37,909 nt of DNA from Candidatus Pacearchaeota archaeon (GTDB lineage: Archaea; Nanobdellota; Nanobdellia; Pacearchaeales; GW2011-AR1), in NCBI GenBank assembly GCA_016866915.1, contig VGKR01000001.1, positions 1 through 37,909 of the forward strand, read 5' to 3'. Positions 16,075 through 24,451 of the stretch are shown here, piece after piece. Position numbers and translations under genes: made by a program. Every line of letters starts with the position of its first letter. Within the stretch, counting starts at the first letter, position 1. The notes beneath the pieces were generated by a model. That model was not told the origin of the DNA and did no database searches. It saw only the letters and a program-made list of their open reading frames with translations.

Positions 16075-17091
16075 TTAATCTATAACTCCTGCTTCTGTAA
16101 CATTGAAAACAGTTTCATTATCTGGAAGATTAGGACTATCTATCATCTTAGCAACTCTGCTCCCTGCTTTTCCTTTTCTCAAATAAATCCTATATGTAGA
16201 AGCATGTCCAACAATATGCCCTCCAATAGCTGTTGTTGGGTCTCCAAATAATTGAGCAGGATTAGCCATAACTTGATTTGTAATATAAATAGCTAAATTA
16301 TGAGTTTCTGCTAATTTCATAAGCTGATGAATATATCTATTAAGCTTTTGTTGCCTGTCTGCTAATTGTCCTCTACCTGAAAATTCTGCTCTAAAATGAG
16401 CTGTCAAGGAATCAATAACAATAAGTTTAATTGGCTCTCCTTTCTTAATCATGTCTGTAATTTTATCTAACAAAAGAATCTGATGGTCTGAATTAAAAGC
16501 CCGAGCAACAAGAATGTTTTTTAGAACCTTGTCTGGATTTGCTTCAAGTTTTTCTGCAATTTGTTTTATTCTTGATGGTCTGAATGTTCCTTCTGTATCA
16601 ATAAAAACACTTTTTCCACTAACACCCCCTCTTTCTAAAGGTAATTGAACATTTACAGCAAGTGTCAAACCTAATTGTGTTTTTCCAGAAGCAAATGCTC
16701 CAAAAGCTTCTGTAATAGAGCGAGATTCAACACCTCTTCCACCTAAAAGAGAATCCAGGTTCTTGCTTCCTGTTGTTATATAAAAGACACTTTCTCTTCT
16801 TTTTGCATATTCTGTTCCTTCCATAAATCCCAAATCCAACATATTTCTCGCAGCTTGAATAGCTTTTCTTGCAACAGCTGCACTAATTCCAGCTACTTCA
16901 GAAAGTTCAGAAGGAGTCATAACTGCAAGACTCATCACATCATATATCCCTGCTGACTCAAGTTTAGCAGATACAGCAGGCCCAATTCCCGGAAGATCTG
17001 TAAGTGCGGGCTCTTTCTTGTCAGAAATCAGATTTGGAGTTTCATCAGAAATCGCTTCTTTAATTTGCTGGATATCTTTTTTTACAGCCAT
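16075..17091 (-). CDS. radA: DNA repair and recombination protein RadA
   Basis: N-terminal HhH (LTDLPGIGPAVSAKLESAGI), Walker A GAFASGKTQL and Walker B LIVIDSLTAHFR are present. The overall archaeal RadA architecture is kept (338 aa). Confidence 0.93.
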   Translation of the reverse strand: MAVKKDIQQIKEAISDETPNLISDKKEPALTDLPGIGPAVSAKLESAGIYDVMSLAVMTPSELSEVAGISAAVARKAIQAARNMLDLGFMEGTEYAKRRESVFYITTGSKNLDSLLGGRGVESRSITEAFGAFASGKTQLGLTLAVNVQLPLERGGVSGKSVFIDTEGTFRPSRIKQIAEKLEANPDKVLKNILVARAFNSDHQILLLDKITDMIKKGEPIKLIVIDSLTAHFRAEFSGRGQLADRQQKLNRYIHQLMKLAETHNLAIYITNQVMANPAQLFGDPTTAIGGHIVGHASTYRIYLRKGKAGSRVAKMIDSPNLPDNETVFNVTEAGVID

Positions 17092-17112
17092 GGAGTTCTA
17101 AAAAATAGGGGA

Positions 17113-17120
17113 TTTATAAA
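17113..17120 (-). promoter_or_regulatory. TATA-like box upstream of radA with C-rich/T-run element
   Basis: The coding strand reads TTTATAAA-TCCCCTATTTTTT-AGAACTCC-ATG, with 21 nt between the box and the ATG at 17091. Confidence 0.45.
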
Positions 17121-17163
17121 GATTATTCGTATTTTTAGTATATATTTAAAGAGCACTATATTT

Positions 17164-17622
17164 CTACAAATAGCTATAAATTAGAATTCCCATAAACACC
17201 AAATCAAAAAAAGAGAATATTAAAAAAAGAGTTATATCTGTAAAGCCGCCAACCCGAATATTGCCTGAAAATTTCTTTTTTAAAGGATAGAGTAATTCTA
17301 TCCCTCTTTTAGTAAAACTATCTGCAAAAAGATGCAATCCATATCCTACAAAGAGAGGAAAAGCTAAAATAGGATAAAACGAAATCAAAATTCCCAAAAT
17401 AATCATTAAAAAAGTAAGACTATGGAGAATTCCCCGATGTTTAATAAAAAATTGAAGTGGTCTAAAAACTTTTTTCTTGCCCAAACTTGAAAATTTAGAA
17501 TCAATGTCTGGAATTAGTGTAGAAATAAGAGCAACAGCAACGAATAGAGTTTTATTTGAAATAGATTCTAAAAGAATTAAAACAAAAAATAAAGTTATTG
17601 CTAAATGTGTTTTCGTTAACAT
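17164..17622 (-). CDS. Membrane-bound metal-dependent hydrolase (YdjM/DUF457-like)
   Basis: Polytopic 152-aa protein. It begins MLTKTHLAI, with PDIDS and HRGILHS motifs spaced as in the YdjM family. Confidence 0.6.
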   Translation of the reverse strand: MLTKTHLAITLFFVLILLESISNKTLFVAVALISTLIPDIDSKFSSLGKKKVFRPLQFFIKHRGILHSLTFLMIILGILISFYPILAFPLFVGYGLHLFADSFTKRGIELLYPLKKKFSGNIRVGGFTDITLFLIFSFFDLVFMGILIYSYL

Positions 17623-17630
17623 TTATCTTT

Positions 17631-18575
17631 CTAGTTCTCAAGAATTTTTATAGTTTCATCTAAATCTACTTCTTTAGCATTATCAACTATAAGCTCAAGA
17701 TTATTAAAGAAAGAATTTAATCTAACATTTCCAAAAAAGAACATTTCCCGACCTAGCAGTTCTTGCTTAATCCTTGCTATTTTATCAGAATTTTCAAAAT
17801 CTGTAAAACCCACAGATATCTGGGCGTCATTAAATAAAACAGCCCTTATAGAATCTGTTCCATCATCAATAACAAAATTCACAATTGCTCTTTTTTCAGG
17901 AAGAACTTTTTTATGAGTGAGGCAAATAAAAAGGTCTCCTTCTTTATCCACTTTCTTTTTGCATTCAGGACAAACATTAAAAAATCTTGGTTCAAAAATT
18001 TGGACAATAAAAGCTCGAACTTTAACACCTTCTCCTCTAACAAATTCAGAGATTTTCTTCTCTCTAAGCACTTTTTCACTAACAGCGCCCTCAATTATCT
18101 CTGAACTAATCTTTATATCTGAAAAATTTCCCAAATGCAATTCATTATCTCGCATAGAAGCATTAGTAATCTCAACAACAACTCCCTCTTTTATTTTTCC
18201 CTCTTCAACTTTTGCAACATGATTTGTATCCCAAAGCACCACTCTAACATTTGAAGAATCATCTGCTATCCAAAAATTAACTACCTTTGATTCATCTCCC
18301 CCTTTTGTTTTAAAGGTTCGAACAGTCGAAACATTCAAAACTTTTCCTACAACATTTACTTTTCTCATGCCGGGAATAAGCTCATTTATTTTTAGCTTTT
18401 CATTTTCAAAAGAAATACCTAATTCAGAAGCTATAATTAATGCCGCCCCTTCTTTGCTGATTAATCCGGATAATTTTGATTTTTTGGCTTCTATTCTTTT
18501 TTCAATTTCCTCTTTTCCTAAATTTGAAATTCTTGCAATTTTTTCAAGAATTTTTTCATAATTAGAGTTAATCAT
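17631..18575 (-). CDS. Replication protein A (RPA/RFA1-like ssDNA-binding protein)
   Basis: The N-terminal helical segment (LSGLISKEGAALIIASELGI) is typical of archaeal RPA. Two OB-fold-like blocks are separated by a zinc ribbon (CPECKKKV...FICLTHKK). Confidence 0.75.
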   Translation of the reverse strand: MINSNYEKILEKIARISNLGKEEIEKRIEAKKSKLSGLISKEGAALIIASELGISFENEKLKINELIPGMRKVNVVGKVLNVSTVRTFKTKGGDESKVVNFWIADDSSNVRVVLWDTNHVAKVEEGKIKEGVVVEITNASMRDNELHLGNFSDIKISSEIIEGAVSEKVLREKKISEFVRGEGVKVRAFIVQIFEPRFFNVCPECKKKVDKEGDLFICLTHKKVLPEKRAIVNFVIDDGTDSIRAVLFNDAQISVGFTDFENSDKIARIKQELLGREMFFFGNVRLNSFFNNLELIVDNAKEVDLDETIKILEN

Positions 18576-18679
18576 TATTTAGGCAAAAACATCTTTGTTT
18601 TTAAGTATTATTATATTTTTTCAGTCAACTTAAAGCCAAATAACTCAACATTTATAAATTACCTTTTTTAAAAGAAATT

Positions 18680-18952
18680 ATGGGAACAGTAATAATAAAA
18701 ATGAAACTTATGCCGAAATCTCCAGAAGAAAATATAGAAAATCTACAAAAAGAAACAGAGGAGATTTTGAATAGAAAAAACATAAAAAATTTTAAGTTTG
18801 AAATTCAGCCAATTGCTTTTGGACTTAAAGCCTTGATTGTTTTATTTGGCTGGCCTGAAGAAGAGGAGCTGAATACTCTTGAAGAAAGCATTCAAAAAAT
18901 TTCAGGAGTAGGTTCTTTGGAGATTCTTGATATGAGAAGAGCAATTGGATAA
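18680..18952 (+). CDS. ef1b: Elongation factor 1-beta (aEF-1beta)
   Basis: 90 aa. Motifs seen: VIIKMKLMPKSPE, IQPIAFGLKAL and LEILDMRRA, all typical of archaeal EF-1beta. Confidence 0.85.
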   Translation: MGTVIIKMKLMPKSPEENIENLQKETEEILNRKNIKNFKFEIQPIAFGLKALIVLFGWPEEEELNTLEESIQKISGVGSLEILDMRRAIG

Positions 18953-18999
18953 TTGTTAAATTTCGTTAAATATATTAACATAGATTTTTTATTTATTAA

Positions 19000-19623
19000 A
19001 TGTTAACACTCGAACAAACAGAAGAACTAAAGAACGAGATAATATCTCAGATTGAAAAAAGTTTTCCAGAGCAAAAAAAAGAATTTGCAATTAGTCAAAT
19101 AGAGGCTATGAATTCTGAGCAATTAGAAGAATTTTTGAAGAAAAATAAAATTGAATATGCAAAATCCGGTTCTACAGAATGTCTTTTTTGTTCAATAGTT
19201 TCAGAAAATATTTCTTTCTATAAAATTGATGAAAGCAAAAATGCTCTGGCTGTTTTAGAAATAAATCCTCTTTCTAAAGGACACACTCTGATTATTCCAA
19301 AAGAACACCTTTCTTCTTCAGAAAAAATGTCTTCAAATGTTTTTTCTTTAGCTAAGAAAATTGCAAAAAGATTAAAAAATAAATTTAAACCGAAAAATAT
19401 CGAAATTTCTTCTACTAATCTATTTGGACATGAAATAATAAATGTGATTCCGGTTTATGGAGATAAAAAATCAGAAAAAAGAACTTCTGCAAAACCAGAA
19501 GAACTTTTAGAAATTCAAAAAATTATTTCAGCACCGAAAAAAATTTATAAAAAACCAAAAAAGAAAAAAATCGCAATTAAAGAGTTTGAGCCAAATATCT
19601 GGTTACCAAAGAGAATTCCCTAA
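19000..19623 (+). CDS. HIT-superfamily protein with N-terminal extension and degenerate histidine triad
   Basis: CLFCSIV and GHTLIIPKEH are HIT-fold hallmarks. Where HxHxHxx is expected, the sequence reads GHEIINVIP, with only the first His kept. About 60 extra N-terminal residues are helical and acidic, and the tail is Lys-rich. Confidence 0.6.
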   Translation: MLTLEQTEELKNEIISQIEKSFPEQKKEFAISQIEAMNSEQLEEFLKKNKIEYAKSGSTECLFCSIVSENISFYKIDESKNALAVLEINPLSKGHTLIIPKEHLSSSEKMSSNVFSLAKKIAKRLKNKFKPKNIEISSTNLFGHEIINVIPVYGDKKSEKRTSAKPEELLEIQKIISAPKKIYKKPKKKKIAIKEFEPNIWLPKRIP

Positions 19624-20478
19624 AAAGCTCCACAAAGTCTCAAATGCAGATGTCTTCCAAAAATAAAAGACAATTAAGAAGCTAATCACAAATACAGGAG
19701 AAAAAGGCACGCCGTATCTAATCAAAATTGTTTTATATTTTTTCTTTAACGAGATTATTTCCTGTTTAGTCAGTCCATTCCAATTTGCCCGGATTATTTT
19801 TTTATCAATTTTCACATTTTTATATAGCCAATCTCCTTCTCTAAGCTGACTTGTTTTGACCTCTTTAACTAAGCAAGCTTCATCAACAGATTTAACATAA
19901 ACATAAAAATAAGGTAACAGAAATATTAGAATTCCTAAAATAAAAAACACCTCCTGCCAAAATCCAAAAATCATCAGAATTAATCCAAAAATAAAGGCAA
20001 GATAGATTCTTTTCTTATTTTTCTTGAAAATTTTAGAAAATTCTTTCTTAAACATATAAAAATTACTAAAACTTAGATATATTGTGGAGAAGATAGTGTA
20101 AAGTGCTCCGACAATAAAGAATATGAAAAAGAACATTAAAAATATATTCAAATTAACTGAAAAACTCTCTGAAAAAGGTAAAATTGCTCCAAAAGCCATC
20201 ATAAGTTTTGCATCACCTCCTGCAAAGAATTTTCCATAATACAGCAAATTCGCCATTACAAAAAAGATTCCTACGCCAATAAGCCCTTGATAAAAAAAGG
20301 AGAAATTTTCAGAAAACAAAGAATAAAAAAATCTAAAACTCAATGCAAAGATTATCAAAGAAATATTTAGCCAGTTTGCAATTTCTCGAGTTTTTAAGTC
20401 CTGAATAACTGCAAATATCAACCAAACTAATGCTAATAAAAATATGAATATTAAGTCCGCCATAGAAAAAAATAGCAA
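19603..20478 (-). CDS. Type IV prepilin/preflagellin peptidase (A24 family; PibD/EppA/FlaK-like)
   Basis: Polytopic membrane protein carrying the two catalytic Asp motifs: VIQDLKTREIANWLN and FFAGGDAKLMMAFG. A C-terminal GVPFSPVF is also present. It is the last gene of the filament operon. Confidence 0.8.
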   Translation of the reverse strand: MLFFSMADLIFIFLLALVWLIFAVIQDLKTREIANWLNISLIIFALSFRFFYSLFSENFSFFYQGLIGVGIFFVMANLLYYGKFFAGGDAKLMMAFGAILPFSESFSVNLNIFLMFFFIFFIVGALYTIFSTIYLSFSNFYMFKKEFSKIFKKNKKRIYLAFIFGLILMIFGFWQEVFFILGILIFLLPYFYVYVKSVDEACLVKEVKTSQLREGDWLYKNVKIDKKIIRANWNGLTKQEIISLKKKYKTILIRYGVPFSPVFVISFLIVFYFWKTSAFETLWSFLGNSLW

Positions 20479-20681
20479 ATAATCTTTATAAAATGCTCGG
20501 CGATATTTGTCTTATTCTATTTCTTCCTCCTTTTTTATAAGGATGTTTCTTTTTTTCTTTCTTCTTATCTCTTTTCTTTTTTCTTTTTTGAGGAAAGTCA
20601 TAATCCATAAGTAAAGAATAAATTTCTGATTTAAATATTTTTCAGAATTCGATTAAATTCAATTTAATCCCATAATGCCCA

Positions 20682-21038
20682 CTAACTTGTCGGCTGTGGG
20701 CATCTGGATTCTAATTGCGAACACTTTGCAATACCATATTGTACAAATTCATTTTTTGTAGAAAAGGAAAAGCAAGTGCCCTTCACCTCTTTAACTCCCC
20801 CAGGAAGTCCATCTGCTTTTAAAGTTCTTTCTTGAGTGCAAAAATCATAAACATTTTCCGTTGAACAAGCAATACCACAATTAGTTTTTATTTGCTCAAC
20901 ATTATTTCCAGAAAAGAAAGGAAACAAAGTTCCCCAACCAAGTGTGAATCCTAATATCATAACAACCAAGACTACAACACCAAGAATTATGAGAATAATA
21001 GCATTTGTGCTTAAGCCTTGTCCTCTTTTATTTTTCAT
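20682..21038 (-). CDS. Prepilin-like protein 1 (class III signal peptide), Cys-rich
   Basis: Begins MKNKRG-QGLSTNAIILIILGVVVLVVMILGF. The predicted mature part has 6 Cys. Confidence 0.65.
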   Translation of the reverse strand: MKNKRGQGLSTNAIILIILGVVVLVVMILGFTLGWGTLFPFFSGNNVEQIKTNCGIACSTENVYDFCTQERTLKADGLPGGVKEVKGTCFSFSTKNEFVQYGIAKCSQLESRCPQPTS

Positions 21039-21081
21039 ATTAATTTCAAGGTTATTTTGTTTAAAAATGTTTTTATTTAGT

Positions 21082-21399
21082 TTACTCTGGAAGATTGTAT
21101 CTTACGCGCACCGAATTATTTTCCAGAAGAACATATTTAATTTTTAATTTCTCATCATATTTAATATCAAAAATTTGGATGATTTCTGATTCATCAAATC
21201 CTAATGAGGAATATAAATTTATTTTTTCCTTTATTATTAATGCTTCTTCAATTATCCCCGAAGGAGTAAAATCACTTTTTGGAGATTTGCTTGAAATAGA
21301 AAAACTAAGAATTGCTACTATACAAATAGCAAGAATTCCCATTACAAGAATTGTTATAGATATATCTCCGCGTTTGTTTTTTAGAATATTTTTCATCAT
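21082..21399 (-). CDS. Prepilin-like protein 2 (class III signal peptide)
   Basis: Begins MMKNILKNKRG-DISITILVMGILAICIVAILSF. Its start lies 1 nt after the stop of the upstream gene. Confidence 0.6.
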   Translation of the reverse strand: MMKNILKNKRGDISITILVMGILAICIVAILSFSISSKSPKSDFTPSGIIEEALIIKEKINLYSSLGFDESEIIQIFDIKYDEKLKIKYVLLENNSVRVRYNLPE

Positions 21400-21400
21400 T

Positions 21401-21868
21401 TTAGCAGTGCTTAGTTAGTGTAATTAAAATGTATTTATTTTCTTCTAATTGAACTTCATCCCAAATTCCCCGTCCGCAGGGAGAGGGCTTTGGAAAGTAA
21501 ATATTGTGGGTTATCCTATTTGGTTTAGAATAAATAACAGACCAAACCAACCAATAATCTTTATTATAAAATTCTTCAAATATACTAACAGCTAGTTCTC
21601 CATTGAATTTCGTAAAATTTCCATCTTCTTTTATTTTTTCATAAATAATTTTATCTTCTTCTAACTCTTTTGTTAGAAGATATGAAAAAAGAGATTTTGA
21701 CGCAAGAACATCTACTTTTTTAGAATAATCAAATTTTTTATTATTTCCCATAAAAGTTGCAATAGAAATTGATATAAGCAGAATTACAATAATGATTAGT
21801 GTTGCAACAATCCATGTAATTGCCTCTCCTGTTTGTGCTCTTTTATTTTGTAATTTTTTAATAAACAT
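21401..21868 (-). CDS. Prepilin-like protein 3 (class III signal peptide)
   Basis: Begins MFIKKLQNKRA-QTGEAITWIVATLIIIVILLISISIA. Its start overlaps the upstream gene by 11 nt. Confidence 0.6.
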   Translation of the reverse strand: MFIKKLQNKRAQTGEAITWIVATLIIIVILLISISIATFMGNNKKFDYSKKVDVLASKSLFSYLLTKELEEDKIIYEKIKEDGNFTKFNGELAVSIFEEFYNKDYWLVWSVIYSKPNRITHNIYFPKPSPCGRGIWDEVQLEENKYILITLTKHC

Positions 21869-22355
21869 TTTTTTCTGTTTTTCTTACAATTGAAATAAGA
21901 TTTATTTTGTATGAATTTCCTTCTTTATCTAAAGAATATAAGCTTCTTTCGAGGCATATTGGAAAATTTTTTTCATTCTGTCCGCAAAAATCTTTTAGTT
22001 GTTTATTGCCCTCTTGTAATGAAAGAACTTTCTCATAAGAATCAAATTTCAAAATCTCGACCCCTAAATAATATTGCTCTTGTTCTCTCCAACCATAAGA
22101 ATCTTCTACTTGAAGATTTAAATTGCAAAAATTTCCAAAATTTCCCTTAAAATCTTCTCCAAAAACTCCTTCTTTAAGATAACCTCCTTCAGAAACACAT
22201 CGTGCAATTTTAGAGATTAGTAAATCAGCTTCTATCTGTCTTACATCATAAGGTTTTCCGTAAAAAGTATGAACCATATAAACAATTGCAGCAGCTACAA
22301 TAAACAATATTACAAACCAATAAACTGAAATTAATTTATCTCCTTTTTTATTCAT
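21858..22355 (-). CDS. Prepilin-like protein 4 (class III signal peptide)
   Basis: Begins MNKKG-DKLISVYWFVILFIVAAAIVYMV. The mature part has 4 Cys. Confidence 0.6.
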   Translation of the reverse strand: MNKKGDKLISVYWFVILFIVAAAIVYMVHTFYGKPYDVRQIEADLLISKIARCVSEGGYLKEGVFGEDFKGNFGNFCNLNLQVEDSYGWREQEQYYLGVEILKFDSYEKVLSLQEGNKQLKDFCGQNEKNFPICLERSLYSLDKEGNSYKINLISIVRKTEKNVY

Positions 22356-22356
22356 T

Positions 22357-22749
22357 TTATTCTATCACAAAATAATATTTTTCTTCGCTTTCAGTATCAA
22401 ATCTCGCAGTGATTTGCGCATTATTGAAAAAAGAATAACTATATCCAGCTCCATCACGCAATCTAACTGTGACAATATTCTCTCGAATAGTTACAATTGT
22501 TCCGAAATTAATTGAATTTTTTTCAGCCATTTTTAACGCATCCCCCATTTCCAAGTGAATTATCATCCCAGATTCTGCAGCATCAAGAGCCAAAGCTATT
22601 TGTTTAGCGTATCTTTCTTCCAAAACAGCTGCACTAGCTGTACGTGAAAATAAAAATATCGCCAATATCGAAAGAAAAACTAAATTAAGGATTAGAAAGA
22701 TTATATTTTCTGTCAAAATTTCCCCTTTTTTATTAGATTTTTTTCTCAT
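22357..22749 (-). CDS. Prepilin-like protein 5 (class III signal peptide)
   Basis: Begins MRKKSNKKG-EILTENIIFLILNLVFLSILAIFLF. There is a 1-nt gap to each neighbouring gene. Confidence 0.6.
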   Translation of the reverse strand: MRKKSNKKGEILTENIIFLILNLVFLSILAIFLFSRTASAAVLEERYAKQIALALDAAESGMIIHLEMGDALKMAEKNSINFGTIVTIRENIVTVRLRDGAGYSYSFFNNAQITARFDTESEEKYYFVIE

Positions 22750-22750
22750 T

Positions 22751-23488
22751 TTAAGCTTTTGTTAAAAAAACATCACAGCCAAGAGTTTCATAGCTTTCTT
22801 TATTTTTTTCTAAAATAAGAACCGGAACATGAGAACTACCGAACAATCCCCAAATAATTTTTCGCTCCATTCCTGTTAAAATAGAGTAGGTCTTATCAAA
22901 TTCTAAATTTTTATTAAGATATTCTTCAAATGGAAATTCCTCTGAAGAAGTTAGGGCATACAAATACTGTAGGTATGTTTCTGATGTCGTTTTAGGAGTT
23001 TTACTTAAATAATCATAAAATTCTGCATATGAAATTGATGTGGTTGTCTTAAGAATTTCATCAAATTCAACAATTGAGCAAAGAGCGCAAGAAGTTCTTT
23101 GAGTCAGAGCTGTATTTGCATAAGTTATTTCTCCTTCACCAAACATCCACCAACAATCAGACATTTCATCTGCAAGAGCTTTCATAATTTCTTTTTTAAT
23201 ATCTTCTTCATTTTTAGAACTAATCTTAACTGTAGATGTGGGTGTTATTTCTTTACACTCTTTTCCTCCTGAAATGCAAAGATAATTTGTTCGGCAATCA
23301 AGAGGCCCTGCTAATCCTGCTGATTTTGCCTTTAGAACAACAGAATTATGGCAAATTTGTTTATTTGTTGTTTCTCCAAGATTCAATCGATATAGCAAAA
23401 AAAGAATAATAATAAAGCTCACTATAAGAACAATTATTATAACAAGTTGTTTTGTTGTTAATTCCCCTTTTTTGTTTATTTTTTTCAT
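22751..23488 (-). CDS. Prepilin-like protein 6 (class III signal peptide), Cys-rich
   Basis: ORF 22751..23563 was trimmed to M26, giving MKKINKKG-ELTTKQLVIIIVLIVSFIIILFLLY. The mature part has 8 Cys. Confidence 0.6.
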   Translation of the reverse strand: MKKINKKGELTTKQLVIIIVLIVSFIIILFLLYRLNLGETTNKQICHNSVVLKAKSAGLAGPLDCRTNYLCISGGKECKEITPTSTVKISSKNEEDIKKEIMKALADEMSDCWWMFGEGEITYANTALTQRTSCALCSIVEFDEILKTTTSISYAEFYDYLSKTPKTTSETYLQYLYALTSSEEFPFEEYLNKNLEFDKTYSILTGMERKIIWGLFGSSHVPVLILEKNKESYETLGCDVFLTKA

Positions 23489-23596
23489 TTTTATCAAATT
23501 ACACCTAGTTTTCTCAGTAGAAGATAAATTCCAGTAATAGCTAAAGCAAAAAATACAATCCAAACGAGATATTTGATTAATTCTTCAGTATCCATT

Positions 23597-24076
23597 TTAT
23601 TTTATTCTTAAAATTTTTTTATTGTTATGGTCTATAGAGAGCATCACCGGAGGATTTTCTATTTTTATATTATTATCAAAAGACAGGCCCTTTAAATTTT
23701 CTATGCAAATCCCATTTTCATCACAAGAATTCGGATTTTCTTTTTTGCAAATACAGATACAACCATTCCAATCTAAATTTGAACAGAAATTTGGCATTCC
23801 TATTTTTTCGTTTTTAAGAAACAAAAATCCATCAGAATAAGAATTTGGCCACGAATAAATTATCCAATTTCTTGGATTATAAATTTCAACCGTTGATTTA
23901 TCCTCATTTATTGTTTTGTTTAGGAGATTAATAGAGGCTTTAGCTAATTCTAAATTTGCAGAATCTTTATTTGTGCTATAAATCGAAAAAAGCAAATAGG
24001 CAAGAAAACCTATAGCAATTACTGCAAGAATTATCTTAAGTGTTTCTTCAGCTAATAAAAAACCCTTTTTATCCAT
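23597..24076 (-). CDS. Prepilin-like protein 7 (class III signal peptide), Cys-rich
   Basis: Begins MDKKG-FLLAEETLKIILAVIAIGFLAYLLF. A C-terminal cluster NFCSNLDWNGCICICKKENPNSCDENGIC contains 6 Cys. Confidence 0.6.
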   Translation of the reverse strand: MDKKGFLLAEETLKIILAVIAIGFLAYLLFSIYSTNKDSANLELAKASINLLNKTINEDKSTVEIYNPRNWIIYSWPNSYSDGFLFLKNEKIGMPNFCSNLDWNGCICICKKENPNSCDENGICIENLKGLSFDNNIKIENPPVMLSIDHNNKKILRIK

Positions 24077-24085
24077 TTTTGTATA

Positions 24086-24244
24086 TTATTTTATCAATGC
24101 TAAGATTAATTCTGCTGTGACATTTCCTCCCCTAAAAAATTCTATGACATAGATTCTAAAGAAAAGATAAATTCCTAAAACAACTACAACAAAAACTAAA
24201 ACTCCAATGATTATTTTTATAAGATTTTCAAGTGTCAGTTCCAT
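24086..24244 (-). CDS. Micro-ORF (52 aa), single-TM protein; not in the ORF track
   Basis: Hand translation gives MELTLENLIKIIIGVLVFVVVVLGIYLFFRIYVIEFFRGGNVTAELILALIK. The start codon directly abuts the stop of the upstream micro-ORF (24244/24245). The stop is 10 nt before the next gene. Confidence 0.4.
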   Translation of the reverse strand: MELTLENLIKIIIGVLVFVVVVLGIYLFFRIYVIEFFRGGNVTAELILALIK

Positions 24245-24412
24245 TTATCCTCCTAAAAGACTTTTAATTTGATCTATGAGGGATATTCCTCTTCCGCGCA
24301 ATAAAAAGATAGTAATCATTAAAATTACAAGAACTGCAACAGCGATCAGAATCCATGGAAGATACTCTGAGATTATTGCTTTTTTTCCAATCCTCTTTTT
24401 AAAAAATTTCAT
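24245..24412 (-). CDS. Micro-ORF (55 aa), Flp-like candidate pilin; not in the ORF track
   Basis: Hand translation gives MKFFKKRIGKKAIISEYLPWILIAVAVLVILMITIFLLRGRGISLIDQIKSLLGG. It has a basic leader with Gly, then AIISEY followed by a hydrophobic helix. This resembles the Flp prepilin G/xxxxEY motif. Confidence 0.45.
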   Translation of the reverse strand: MKFFKKRIGKKAIISEYLPWILIAVAVLVILMITIFLLRGRGISLIDQIKSLLGG

Positions 24413-24451
24413 ATAAGAAAAAACAAATCCTATTTAATAAATTTAACTAAA

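Noticed and set aside
20486-20608. 40-aa polybasic ORF (MDYDFPQKRKKKRDKKKEKKKHPYKKGGRNRIRQISPSIL) between prepilin-like gene 1 and the peptidase gene
   Set aside because: It is encoded almost entirely by a polypurine/polypyrimidine tract, so the open frame may be compositional. I recognise no family. It is co-directional with the operon, so it cannot be fully excluded.
21095-21418. 107-aa plus-strand ORF, and similar plus-strand ORFs at 20944-21147, 21911-22150 and 23622-23840
   Set aside because: All are antisense to the tightly packed minus-strand prepilin-like genes. They lack leaders, motifs or promoter boxes and are shadow ORFs.
22751-23563. Longer version of prepilin-like gene 6 starting MDCIFCFSYYWNL...
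   Set aside because: The extra 25 codons would bury the class III leader. The internal start at 23488 gives a leader of the same form as the six neighbouring genes.
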